The position numbers were made by a program, and so were the translations under genes. The notes under the pieces were generated by a model. The model was not told where the DNA came from. It worked only from the letters and a program-made list of their open reading frames with translations, and ran no database searches. A stretch of DNA of 64,000 nt. Source: a virus (lineage: Duplodnaviria > Caudoviricetes). Of this stretch, positions 47,594-57,528 are shown piece after piece (position 1 is the stretch's first letter; every line of letters starts with the position of its first letter). The DNA is taken from the IMG/VR virus record IMGVR_UViG_2930666980_000001, positions 1 through 64,000 of that record; one strand, written 5' to 3'.

Positions 47594-48699
47594 ACCGCAC
47601 CGCCCGCATCGGCATCATCGGCGTCGGCAACTGCGCCCGCGCCCTCCTCGAGGGCATCGGCTACTACACCGCGCACCCGGAGGACGAGACCGGCCTCTCC
47701 CACCCGGTCATCGGCGGATACACCCCGGCCGACGTCGAGCCCGTCGCCGCCTGGGACGTCGACGCCGACAAGGTCGGCCGCAACCTCTGGGACGCCCGCA
47801 CCGCAGGACAGAACCTCGACGTCGGTATCCCGCAGGGCGACCTCAAGCCCGTCGGCCTGGACGTCACCGTGCAGCCTGCTCCCGCCCTCGACGGTGCCGG
47901 CATCAAGTACCGGGAGCGCATCACCACCGTCGAGGACACCGAGGAGCTCCCCGAGCAGGAAGCCGCCCGGATCCGCGCGGAGATCCTCGCGTCCGGCGTC
48001 CAGGTCCTCGTCAACTACCTGCCCGTCGGCTCGCAGAAGGCCACCGAGTGGTGGGCGCAGATCGCCCTCGACACCGGCGTCGCCTTCGTCAACAACATCC
48101 CCGTCTTCATCGCCCGCAACGAGGAGTGGCGCGCCCGCTTCCGTGACGCGAACCTTCCGCTGATCGGCGACGACATCAAGAGCCAACTCGGCGCGACGTA
48201 CGTGCACCGCGTCCTCGCCCGCGCGTTCTCCGACCGGGGCATCACCCTCGACCGGACGTACCAGCTGAACGTCGGCGGCAACATGGACTTCTACAACATG
48301 CTCGAGGCCGACCGCCTCGCCACGAAGCGCGTGTCCAAGTCGTCCGCCGTCACCGACGCCTACGCCGGAGACCTCGAGCCCGGCAACGTCCACATCGGCC
48401 CCTCCGACTACGTCGCCTTCCTCGGCGACACGAAGAAGGCGTTCATCCGCTGCGAGGGCCGCGGCTTCGCCGGAGCCCGCATCGACATGGAGATGCAGCT
48501 CACCGTCCCCGACTCCCCGAACAGTGCCGGCATCGTCATCGACGCCGTGCGCATCGCGAAGACCGCCCTCGACCGCGGCGAAGCCGGGGCCGACCAGTGG
48601 GCCTCAGCCTGGCTCTTCAAGGCCCCGCCGCGCACCGTCGCCGAGGACAGCGACGGCGAAGCCCGCCGCCGCCTCGACGCCTGGCTGAACGAGGCCTGA
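47590..48699 (+). CDS. ino1: Inositol-3-phosphate synthase (MIPS)
   Basis: GVGNCA, NYLPVGS, GDDIKSQLGAT, YQLNVGGNMDF, HIGPSDYV, DSPNSAG..IDAVR. Confidence 0.96.
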   Translation: MNRTARIGIIGVGNCARALLEGIGYYTAHPEDETGLSHPVIGGYTPADVEPVAAWDVDADKVGRNLWDARTAGQNLDVGIPQGDLKPVGLDVTVQPAPALDGAGIKYRERITTVEDTEELPEQEAARIRAEILASGVQVLVNYLPVGSQKATEWWAQIALDTGVAFVNNIPVFIARNEEWRARFRDANLPLIGDDIKSQLGATYVHRVLARAFSDRGITLDRTYQLNVGGNMDFYNMLEADRLATKRVSKSSAVTDAYAGDLEPGNVHIGPSDYVAFLGDTKKAFIRCEGRGFAGARIDMEMQLTVPDSPNSAGIVIDAVRIAKTALDRGEAGADQWASAWLFKAPPRTVAEDSDGEARRRLDAWLNEA

Positions 48700-48700
48700 C

Positions 48701-49501
48701 ATGCGACGAGTCCTCAAAGCCAAGTCCGCGTACAGCAACGACGACGTCCAGCGCGTATGGGAGTCGATCACCGACTACGTCACCGAGGAGGAGGCGGCCC
48801 AAGCCGTCGAGGAGGCGGCAGCGGAAACCCGCCTCGTCCTCGACGGCCGCACCGACGACGCCGTGTACGGCTGGTCAGGCGGCAAGGACTCGATCGCCCT
48901 CGAGGTCGTGATGGAGCGTGCCGGGGTCCGGCGCGCCCTCCTCGGCACGCTCCCGCACCTCGAGTTCACCGCCTACATGACGTGGGTCGACGAGCACCAG
49001 CCCGACGGCCTCACCCACCTCGGCAACAAGGCCATCACCCCGGCCTGGCTCGCCAAGCCGCAGAACGACCGCTACCTCTTCCCCACCTCCAGCACCGACG
49101 GCTACCGCTGGACGATGATCGGCACCCGCTGGTCCCAACACCTCTACCAGGAGCAGCACAAGCCCCGACTCCAGGTCTACGGACGCCGGACCGCCGACGG
49201 CAACAGCATCCCCGCCACCCCGTACGGCATCCACAAGACGAGCCGCCTCACCTCGTACTGCCCGATCCGCGCCTGGTCGCACGAGCTCGTCCTCGCCGTC
49301 ATCCACTACAACCGGCGTCCCCTGCCGCCCGTGTACGGCTTCCCGAACGGCTGGAAGACCGGCACAGGCTCCTGGCCCGGGCGCCGCGTCGGCGACCGCG
49401 ATGCCTCCTTCGCCGAGACGTACGCGATCGAGCCCGCCCTCCTGCAGAACGCCGCCCCGGACCTGCCGGCAGCGGCCGACTGGCTTCGCCGCAACACCTG
49501 A
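48701..49501 (+). CDS. PAPS-reductase-family PP-loop protein
   Basis: WSGGKDS, YGRRTADG, PIRAWS..LV. Confidence 0.85.
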   Translation: MRRVLKAKSAYSNDDVQRVWESITDYVTEEEAAQAVEEAAAETRLVLDGRTDDAVYGWSGGKDSIALEVVMERAGVRRALLGTLPHLEFTAYMTWVDEHQPDGLTHLGNKAITPAWLAKPQNDRYLFPTSSTDGYRWTMIGTRWSQHLYQEQHKPRLQVYGRRTADGNSIPATPYGIHKTSRLTSYCPIRAWSHELVLAVIHYNRRPLPPVYGFPNGWKTGTGSWPGRRVGDRDASFAETYAIEPALLQNAAPDLPAAADWLRRNT

Positions 49502-49532
49502 CACCACCACGTCCAGCGTGGGGAAGGACTAC

Positions 49533-50912
49533 ATGACCGATTGGCTCTCAGGCGGCTGGCTCCCGGAGGGGACGCCCATCGATGCCGAGCACGTCCGCGG
49601 CTACGTCGCCAAGTTCACCCTTCCCCGCCTCGCTGCCGGCAGCGACGTCTACACCCTCGCCTGCGAGCGCATGGCGTACGTCCTCGACCACCACGACCGG
49701 GCCTTCGTCGCGTTCTCCGGCGGGAAGGACTCGACGGCCGTCCTCAACGTCGCCCTCGAGGTCGCCAACCGGGAGCCCCGCCTACAGCGTCACCTCCCGC
49801 TGCGCGTCGTCTTCTTCGACGAGGAGGCGATCCCGCAGGAGACCGAGGACTACGTCCGGCGCGTCTTCGCCCGGCCCGACGTCGCCGGTGAATGGCTCTG
49901 CCTGCCCGTCCAGCACCGCAACGCCTGCTCCAGGACGTCCCCGTACTGGTGGCCCTGGGCGCCGGAGGACGAGCCGAAGTGGTGCCGCCCCCTCCCGCCG
50001 GAGGCGATCACGACCCTGCCCGGCTTCCCCGTCTGGCCCCCGGAGGAGCGCCTCACGATCCCGAACCTGAACGGCCTCCTCGCGCCGCCCCCGCACACCA
50101 CGGCCACGCTCATGGGGATCCGCGCGCAGGAGTCCCGGATCCGGGCCCTCGCCGTCCGCCGCCGCGCCGTCGACAACTACATCGTCAAGCACGCCCACGG
50201 CCGGGACCGGCAGGCCGCCGCCGTCGACAACGGCAACGTCTGGAAGGCCTACCCGATCTACGACTGGCGGACCGAAGACGTCTGGGCCGCCGCACGCGTC
50301 CACGGCTGGGACTACAACAAGGCCTACGACCTGATGGAGATGGCGGGGGTCACACCCGCCATGCAGCGCTGCTCACCCGCGTTCGGCGAGGAGCCCCTGC
50401 AGAAGATCCACATGTACGCCCAGTGCTTCCCCGACGTCTGGGCACGGATGTCCGAGCGCGTCCCCGGCGTCGGCGCCGCAGCCCGCTACGCGTCCACCGA
50501 GCTCTACGGCTTCGGCGCCAAGAAGCCCGAGAAGCCCGCCGGCATGCCCTGGCCGGAGTTCATCACCCGCTACCTCGCCAAGCACGGGCCGAAGGAGCAG
50601 CGCACCATCGCGGCCCGGATCAGCGAGGCCCTCACCCGGCACTACCGGATGACCACCGACCCGATCCTCCCGCGGTCGCCTCACCCGGTCACCGGCCTCA
50701 ACTGGAAGTACCTCCTCGTCCTCGCCATGCGCGGCGACTTCAAGCACCGCCGCCAGGAGGTCAAGCAGCTCATGGACGGTGACGCCGCCTCGTACTGGCG
50801 GAAGTACACCGCCGAGCTCGCCGAGCTCCTCGCCGCCGGGGTCACCGCCGACGAGCTCGGCCACCCCCGCCCGCTCCCCACCGACCCCCACGCGCTCACC
50901 CCGACCACCTGA
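49533..50912 (+). CDS. IbrA/YbdN-like PAPS-reductase-family protein (copy 1)
   Basis: VAFSGGKDS, FFDEE, WLCLP, MGIRAQES..R, YPIYDWRTEDVW, DYNKAYDLM. Confidence 0.92.
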   Translation: MTDWLSGGWLPEGTPIDAEHVRGYVAKFTLPRLAAGSDVYTLACERMAYVLDHHDRAFVAFSGGKDSTAVLNVALEVANREPRLQRHLPLRVVFFDEEAIPQETEDYVRRVFARPDVAGEWLCLPVQHRNACSRTSPYWWPWAPEDEPKWCRPLPPEAITTLPGFPVWPPEERLTIPNLNGLLAPPPHTTATLMGIRAQESRIRALAVRRRAVDNYIVKHAHGRDRQAAAVDNGNVWKAYPIYDWRTEDVWAAARVHGWDYNKAYDLMEMAGVTPAMQRCSPAFGEEPLQKIHMYAQCFPDVWARMSERVPGVGAAARYASTELYGFGAKKPEKPAGMPWPEFITRYLAKHGPKEQRTIAARISEALTRHYRMTTDPILPRSPHPVTGLNWKYLLVLAMRGDFKHRRQEVKQLMDGDAASYWRKYTAELAELLAAGVTADELGHPRPLPTDPHALTPTT

Positions 50913-50936
50913 ACCAGCAGGAAGGACATCGGCGAC

Positions 50937-52325
50937 ATGACCACCGACCAGCCGGACGGCTGGCTGCCCGAGGGACAGCGGCTCGACGTCTACGACACCG
51001 ACTACGTCCCCAAGCAGAACCGGCCCCGCCTCGCCGCACGGGCCGACGTCTGGACCATGGCGTGCGAGCGCATGGCCTACGTCCTCGACACCCATGACCG
51101 GGCCTTCGTCTCGTTCTCCGGCGGGAAGGACAGCACGGCCGTCCTGAACGTCGCCCTGCACGTCCTGAACCGTGAGCCGTCGCTGCGCCGGCATCTCCCG
51201 CTCAGGGTCGTCTTCTTCGACGAGGAGGCCATCCCGCAGGAGACCGAGGACTACGTTCGCCGCGTCGGGCAGCGCGACGACGTCAGCCTTGAGTGGTACT
51301 GCCTGCCCGTCCAGCACCGCAACGCCTGCTCGAGGCGGTCGCCGTACTGGTGGCCCTGGGCGCCGGAGGACGAAGCGAAGTGGTGCCGCCCCCTCCCACC
51401 GGAGGCCCTCACGTCCCTGCCCGGCTTCCCCCTCTGGCCCCCGGAGGCGCGCCTCACGATCCCGAACCTCAACGGGCTCCTCGGCCCGGCGCCGCACACC
51501 ACGGCCTGCCTCATGGGGATCCGCGCGCAGGAGTCCCTCATCCGCGCGCACGCCGTCCGGCTCCGCTCCGTCGACAACTACATCGTCAAGTACGACAACT
51601 CGAAGAACCGGCAGGCCGCTTCGGTCAACCACGGCAACATGTGGAAGGCCTACCCGATCTACGACTGGCGCACCGAAGACGTCTGGGCGGCGACCCGCCT
51701 GCACGGCTGGGACTACAACAAGGCCTATGACCTGATGGAGATGGCCGGCATCGGCCCGTCCGGTCAGCGCTGCTCACCGGCCTTCGGCGAGGAGCCCCTC
51801 CAGAAGATCCACATGTACGCGCAGTGCTTCCCCGACGTCTGGGGGCGTATGGCCGAGCGCGTCCCCGGCATCGGCGCCGCCTACCGCTACGCCCGCACCG
51901 AGCTCTACGGCTACGGAGGGAAGCCCCCCAAGCCTCCGGGGCAGACCTGGCCGGAGTTCATCGCCCACTACGTCCGGAAGCACGGCCCCGACGTCCAGCC
52001 GAAGGTGGCCGGCAGGATCGCCGACGTCATGGCCCGGCACTACCGGAAGACGGCGCACCCGATCCTCCCGAAGGCCCCGCACCCGGACACCGGCCTCAAC
52101 TGGTCCTTCCTCCTGACCCTCGCGATGCGCGGCGACTTCAAGCAGCGCCGGCAGGAGTCCAACCAGCTCATGTCCAAGAGCACGGCCGAGCACTGGACGC
52201 GGTACACCACCGAGCTCGCCCAGGTCCTCGCCGACGGCACCGGCCCGGAGCTCGGCCACCCCCGCCCCCTCCCGACGGACGCGTACGCGATCGTCCCCGA
52301 CCAGTACAAGGAGCCCACCCAGTGA
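50937..52325 (+). CDS. IbrA/YbdN-like PAPS-reductase-family protein (copy 2)
   Basis: Same motifs as copy 1; closely similar tandem paralog. Confidence 0.92.
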   Translation: MTTDQPDGWLPEGQRLDVYDTDYVPKQNRPRLAARADVWTMACERMAYVLDTHDRAFVSFSGGKDSTAVLNVALHVLNREPSLRRHLPLRVVFFDEEAIPQETEDYVRRVGQRDDVSLEWYCLPVQHRNACSRRSPYWWPWAPEDEAKWCRPLPPEALTSLPGFPLWPPEARLTIPNLNGLLGPAPHTTACLMGIRAQESLIRAHAVRLRSVDNYIVKYDNSKNRQAASVNHGNMWKAYPIYDWRTEDVWAATRLHGWDYNKAYDLMEMAGIGPSGQRCSPAFGEEPLQKIHMYAQCFPDVWGRMAERVPGIGAAYRYARTELYGYGGKPPKPPGQTWPEFIAHYVRKHGPDVQPKVAGRIADVMARHYRKTAHPILPKAPHPDTGLNWSFLLTLAMRGDFKQRRQESNQLMSKSTAEHWTRYTTELAQVLADGTGPELGHPRPLPTDAYAIVPDQYKEPTQ

Positions 52326-52867
52326 CCACCCCGGCCGCCCCGTTCCGCGCCCCTGTCGGCGCCGACCAGCAGCCCGTCAGCGCCGTCCAGTGGATGCCGC
52401 GCGAGCAGCTCACCGCGAATCAGTGGAACCCCAACGTCCAGGCGCCCCCGGAGCACCGCCTCTTGAAGACGTCACTCCTCGAGAACGGATGGACGCAGCC
52501 GATCGTCGCCCGCGACCAGGCCGACGGCACGTACGAGGTCGTCGACGGCTTCCACCGCTGGACGATCGCCGCAGACCCGGACGTCGCCGCCCTCTCCGCC
52601 GGGCTCGTCCCCGTCGTCGTCCTCCCGCCCACGGACGCCGCGACGGCCCGGATGGCGACCGTCCGGCACAACCGGGCCCGCGGTACCCACCACGTCCTCG
52701 GCATGGCGGAGATCGTCACTGACCTCCTCGAGCTCGGCGTCACCCCGGCCGACATCAGCGCCCGCCTCGAGATGGACCCGGAGGAGGTCGACCGCCTCGC
52801 CGACCGGGGCAACATGATCGCCCGTCACGCCCCGGAGACCTTCAACCAGGGCTGGACCGTCGGCTAA
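52322..52867 (+). CDS. IbrB/YbdM-like ParB-domain protein
   Basis: ANQWNPN, SLLENGWTQPIV, VVDGFHR, ATVRHNRARGTH. Confidence 0.92.
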   Translation: MTTPAAPFRAPVGADQQPVSAVQWMPREQLTANQWNPNVQAPPEHRLLKTSLLENGWTQPIVARDQADGTYEVVDGFHRWTIAADPDVAALSAGLVPVVVLPPTDAATARMATVRHNRARGTHHVLGMAEIVTDLLELGVTPADISARLEMDPEEVDRLADRGNMIARHAPETFNQGWTVG

Positions 52868-52928
52868 CCGCCGGCACGCCCCTACGGCCCCACCCAGCCC
52901 CCGCCCCGCTACCTACAGGAGCAGACGC

Positions 52929-53654
52929 ATGCCCAACACGATGAAGGTCGCCCCGGACGACGAGAACGAGGTCCACGACGTCCTCGCCTTCCGCGACCCC
53001 GGCAACTGTCACGTCACCCCGGTCCTCCAGCTCCCCCCGGACATCGCCCTCGCGATCACCGACCGCCTCCGGCACCTGGTGCAGTCCGCGCACCGCTCCC
53101 CGGCCGCGACGAGCCCCGACGCCGACGGGATCACACGGGCGCAGACCTTCGAGGAGGGCGACGTCTACATGCTCGCCGCCCCGTACGAGCAGTACGAGGC
53201 AGACCGGTACCTCATGGACTTCTACGACGTCATCGACCGCGACATCTGCTCACGGATGCACCTGCACACCGGTCTCCGCTTCGTACGGATGATGACTGGC
53301 CCCGACACCCGCATCCGCGTCAGCAGCCTCGCCCCGATCCGGGTAACCGACGTCGACGGCGTCACCACCTTCCGCCCGGAGACCTTCGAGGACGACCACC
53401 CCGACGTCCCCGCCGGACACCAGCGGACCCGCTACAACCTCGTCGTCCCCCCGAACTCCTGGGCCGACATGCAGGTCCCGCGCGGCGTCTCCCACCAGTT
53501 CAACGCCCACGGCCCCCACGCCGTCATCGACTCCGTCCACCCGGAGGAGTCCATCGAGACGTTCCGCGAGCGCATGAGCGGCTTCAAGATGATGGCGCAG
53601 ACGATCTTCCTCGCCGACGAGCAGCCCGCCGCCGACTCCTGCCGACTCACCTGA
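52929..53654 (+). CDS. Putative cupin-fold metalloprotein
   Basis: SRMHLHTG...VPRGVSHQF...SVHPEE His pattern; RBS aggag. Confidence 0.6.
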   Translation: MPNTMKVAPDDENEVHDVLAFRDPGNCHVTPVLQLPPDIALAITDRLRHLVQSAHRSPAATSPDADGITRAQTFEEGDVYMLAAPYEQYEADRYLMDFYDVIDRDICSRMHLHTGLRFVRMMTGPDTRIRVSSLAPIRVTDVDGVTTFRPETFEDDHPDVPAGHQRTRYNLVVPPNSWADMQVPRGVSHQFNAHGPHAVIDSVHPEESIETFRERMSGFKMMAQTIFLADEQPAADSCRLT

Positions 53655-54021
53655 CCCGTCCCACGCGGCCCCTCGACGACCGCGCCCCTACGGCCCGCCC
53701 CGGAGACCCCCGCGGCGGGCCGTCCCCGTCCACGGCCCTCTGACCAGGCCCGGGGCTATCCTCTCTCGCCGCCGACCACCCGCGACCAGGGGAGCCCCGC
53801 AATGACCCGCACCCCCCTACCGCACCCCTCGCCCACCCTCCACCGGGTACCCCCGCACCCTCCACACCCCTACGCCGACCCACCGCACCGACCCCGCGCA
53901 CGCCCCGACCCCCACCAAGATCAACACCGCCCGCCACATACACCCAGGTCAACAGCCCACGCCCGCTAGTTGAAACACAAACGTGGACACAAACCCGCCC
54001 CCACGAGACGAGGAGAGACCC

Positions 54022-54453
54022 ATGGGCGCCTCCCCCCGGCAACGACTGTCCGCCGTCGAGCGCCGCACCCAGGCCCTACAGCTGCACCTGGCGTGCGTCG
54101 ACCTCCGCACCATCGCGAAACAGGTCGGCTACGCCGACGCCTCCGCCGCCAAGAAGGCCATCGACCGCGCCATCGCGGACAGCATCGCCCGCGGCGAAGA
54201 GAAGATCGACGACATCCGGCGCGAGCAGATCATGCGGTACCACCGTCTCCAGGCCGCCCACTGGGGCAAGGCCATCAAGGGCGACACCAAGGCGAGCGAC
54301 ATCGTCCTCAAGTGCATGCAGGGCACCGAGCGCCTCCAGGACCTCGCCTCGCCCAAGCGCATCAGCATCGACGCCCAGAAGCTCGGCGACGAGATCCTCG
54401 CCATCCTCGGCGACGATGCCGGCAGCGACGACGAGGCCGGAGCAGCGCCGTGA
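54022..54453 (+). CDS. terS: Terminase small subunit-like HTH protein
   Basis: ERRTQALQL...LRTIAKQVGY; directly upstream of the large subunit. Confidence 0.75.
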   Translation: MGASPRQRLSAVERRTQALQLHLACVDLRTIAKQVGYADASAAKKAIDRAIADSIARGEEKIDDIRREQIMRYHRLQAAHWGKAIKGDTKASDIVLKCMQGTERLQDLASPKRISIDAQKLGDEILAILGDDAGSDDEAGAAP

Positions 54454-54495
54454 CCGACCAGTCCGGCCGGTCCCGGCCGGGGGAGGGGCGACAGG

Positions 54496-56118
54496 ATGCC
54501 GACCACCGAGGAGATTGAGCGCCAGGTCCTCGCGCTCGTCCGGGCGGGCGACGTCGCGACGCTCCGCCTGGTCCGGGACCGTCTCGCCTCGCGGCGTAGC
54601 AGCGCGTCCGCCCAGCGGGCCGTCAAGTACATGTACGACCCTGTCGGCTGGGTACGGGACGTCATCGACTGGCAGCCCGGGGAAGGGCTCGCCGCCTACC
54701 AGGAGGACGTCCTCAGCCTGCTCGCCAGGGAGCGCCGTGTCGCGGCCCGCGGACCGCACGGTCTGGGGAAGACCGGCATGGCCGCGCTCGGCGTCCTCTG
54801 GTTCGCGACGACCCGCGACGCTGCCGGCATCGACTGGAAGGTCCTGACGACCGCCTCCGCCTGGCGGCACCTCTCCGTCTACCTGTTCCCGGAGATCCAC
54901 AAGTGGGCGAGGCGCATCAAGTGGGAGATGCTCGGCCGCCCGCCGTTCCGGGAGAACGCCGAGCTCCTGGTCCACAACATCAAGCTCAGGTACGGGGCGG
55001 CGTCCGCGGTCGCCTCGACGAAGCCGGAGCTGATCGAGGGCGCGCACGCGGACAGCCTGCTCTACCTGATCGATGAGGCGAAGATCGTCCCCGATGGCAC
55101 CTGGGACGCCATTGAAGGGGCCTTCTCCGGCGGTAAGACGTCCGGGCTCCCGGAGGCCTTCGTCTTCGCTATCTCGACGCCTGGGCCCCCGTCAGGGCGC
55201 TTCTACGACATCCACAGCAGGAAGCCGGGGTTCGAGGACTGGTTCGTACGGCACGTCACCCTCGCTGAGGCGGTCGCTGCCGGCCGGATCTCCCCAGACT
55301 GGGCGGAGCAGCGCGCCCGCCAGTGGGGGCGAGACTCCGCGATCTACGCCAACCGTGTCCTCGGCGAGTTCCACGCGTCCGACGAGGACAGCGTCATCCC
55401 CCTGTCCTGGGTCGAGGCCGCCGTCGAGCGCTGGCACCTGTGGGACCAGGCCGGGCGGCCGGCACTCGAGGGGCGTCAGTTCCTCGGCGTCGACGTCGCA
55501 CGCGCCGGGGGAGACTCCACCGTCCTCGCGTACCGGACCGGCCTCGCGTACACCGAGCTCGAGACGCACGACCGCGAGGACACCATGGAGACGACCGCCC
55601 GCGTCCAGGCCGCCGTGGGCCGCCGCCCGGGCACCGTGCCGGTCGTCGACTCGATGGGCGTCGGCGGTGGCGTCGTCGACCGCCTCAGGGAGCTCGACGA
55701 GCCGGTCCTCGCCTACACCGGAGCAGCGAAGTCCCGCATGCGGTCGAGAGACGGAGAGTGGGGCTTCAACAACACCAGGAGCGCCGCCTACTGGCGCACC
55801 CGGGAGCTCCTCGACCCCGCTTTCGACCCGACGCTGATGCTCCCGCCGGATGACCTCCTGCTCGCCGACCTGACCGCCCCGACATGGGCGGTCAAGACCG
55901 GCCGCCCCCCGACGATCCAGATCGAGCCGAAGGACGACCTGATCAAGCGGCTCGGCCGCTCCCCCGACCGTGGGGACGCCGTCGTGATGGGCCTGTACGC
56001 CGAGCTGCTCGCCTCGACGACCGTGCAGAACCCGGCCAGGGCCGGCACGGGCAGCACGGCCGCAGCCAGCAAGTACGGGCGAACCATCGGCGGCACGTCG
56101 GCGGCACGAGGCCGGTGA
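54496..56118 (+). CDS. terL: Terminase large subunit
   Basis: Walker A GPHGLGKT, Walker B LIDEA, ISTP, LGVDVAR..GDST, SPDRGDA. Confidence 0.95.
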   Translation: MPTTEEIERQVLALVRAGDVATLRLVRDRLASRRSSASAQRAVKYMYDPVGWVRDVIDWQPGEGLAAYQEDVLSLLARERRVAARGPHGLGKTGMAALGVLWFATTRDAAGIDWKVLTTASAWRHLSVYLFPEIHKWARRIKWEMLGRPPFRENAELLVHNIKLRYGAASAVASTKPELIEGAHADSLLYLIDEAKIVPDGTWDAIEGAFSGGKTSGLPEAFVFAISTPGPPSGRFYDIHSRKPGFEDWFVRHVTLAEAVAAGRISPDWAEQRARQWGRDSAIYANRVLGEFHASDEDSVIPLSWVEAAVERWHLWDQAGRPALEGRQFLGVDVARAGGDSTVLAYRTGLAYTELETHDREDTMETTARVQAAVGRRPGTVPVVDSMGVGGGVVDRLRELDEPVLAYTGAAKSRMRSRDGEWGFNNTRSAAYWRTRELLDPAFDPTLMLPPDDLLLADLTAPTWAVKTGRPPTIQIEPKDDLIKRLGRSPDRGDAVVMGLYAELLASTTVQNPARAGTGSTAAASKYGRTIGGTSAARGR

Positions 56119-56389
56119 GTAGGCGCACGGCCCTCGCTACTGCTCGCCGTCTGGCCGGCAGTGGCAGGGGCCGCCATTGTGCAGATGGGCCAGGTCCTCC
56201 GGGTCGAGCACGTAAGGCGCTTCGGCGCTGCCGTCACCGATCAACCGAACACCGTCCACCTCGTGCACGATGTCGGCCAAGGCTTCGTCCAGGGGGTGTG
56301 ACATGTCGAGCTCCTCGCTGGGATGTCGTCCACGGGCCGACGCTAGCAATCGACGGTACAAGCTGGTGGCCGTCCGGCAGACTGGCACC

Positions 56390-56650
56390 GTGAAGCTTCC
56401 CCGCGTGGAGTGCCCGAAGTGCGAGCGGCCGACGGCTGTTGCTCCGATGGCCGGATCGCTGACGAAGGGCCGCCTGTGGCGGCACGACGACGCCAACGCG
56501 CGCCGGGACGCTGACGGAGACCTCGTGTCCTGTAGCGAGTCGCTGAGCACCGTCGACCTGCCGGAGATGGGCCGTCAGATGGAGCTCGACCTCGACGCGG
56601 AGAGCGCCGACCCCGCCACCGACGAGGAGCCCGCCCTCGCCCTGTTCTGA
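56390..56650 (+). CDS. Small Zn-binding protein
   Basis: PRVECPKC...WRHD...SCSES. Confidence 0.6.
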   Translation: MKLPRVECPKCERPTAVAPMAGSLTKGRLWRHDDANARRDADGDLVSCSESLSTVDLPEMGRQMELDLDAESADPATDEEPALALF

Positions 56651-57189
56651 CGCGCAGCTACCGGGGCGAGCCCTCGCCTCTCGTACGGCAGTGGTCGAGC
56701 ACGGGGCGAGGAACGAACATCGTTCCCTCGGCGACGATCTCGCCGCCGTCCGTGGTCCGGTAGACCTCCGTGTTGAGCCCGTCCCCCGTCTCGACCTGGA
56801 CGGCGCGGGCCGGGTGAGGCCGCGTGTCGGGGCGGAGGGCTGCGAGCAGTACGTCATGGTCCACGTGCCGACTGTAGGCCAACGAGTAGCGGGCCCCCAG
56901 GGGACGCGAATCCTGGGGGCCCGCGGGGCCCGGCCGCACTCCGGGCCGGAGGTGCCGGCAGCTGCAGGGTGTGTGCGCCTGCGCCGCCCGGGCACTGCAT
57001 CGGCATAGCTGCCCGGCACCTCGCGGCGAGGAGAGTACACGCCCCGGCATCCTGGGAATGATCAGAATTGCGGGGCCTCGACCCCCACCCTTGATCAGAT
57101 TCACGGCAGTTGACCTTGGGATCGACGGAACGCGGTTGCCTTATAGTGCTCCGCCGACCACCCACGAAGATCGTCACCAAGGGGCGAAC

Positions 57190-57528
57190 ATGATCACTGC
57201 CTGGGAGCTCGCCCTCCTCGCCTTCGCCGGATACCGCGGGACACAGCTCGCCGTCCACGACACCATCCTCGACCCCGCCCGCGACCGCATCCACGAGTGG
57301 CACGAAGCCCGACCGGAGTCCCGCACGCGGGAGTTCGTCGTCTCGCTGATTTCCTGCGTCTACTGCATGGGCTGGTGGATCTCCGGCGCCCTCCTCGCCA
57401 CGTACCTGGTCGCCACCGACCACTGGGCCGGCACGCCCCTCCTGGTCCACGGCATCGAGTGGCTCGCCGTCGCCGGGGCCGCCGTGATCCTCAACCGGGT
57501 GGACGACACCCTCGGACGCCTCGCGTGA
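57190..57528 (+). CDS. DUF1360-like membrane protein
   Basis: YRGTQL..HDTILDP.R...LISCVYCMGWW. Confidence 0.8.
   Translation: MITAWELALLAFAGYRGTQLAVHDTILDPARDRIHEWHEARPESRTREFVVSLISCVYCMGWWISGALLATYLVATDHWAGTPLLVHGIEWLAVAGAAVILNRVDDTLGRLA

Noticed and set aside
48701-52867. Canonical Dnd/Ssp phosphorothioation or sulfate-assimilation locus
   Set aside because: No cysteine desulfurase, DndD/E, SspB/C or cysNC-like genes are visible; the PLP enzyme has DegT-type motifs.
53655-54020. C-rich low-complexity gap before terS as an ncRNA or pac site
   Set aside because: No recognisable structure or motif beyond a possible promoter; cannot be supported from sequence alone.
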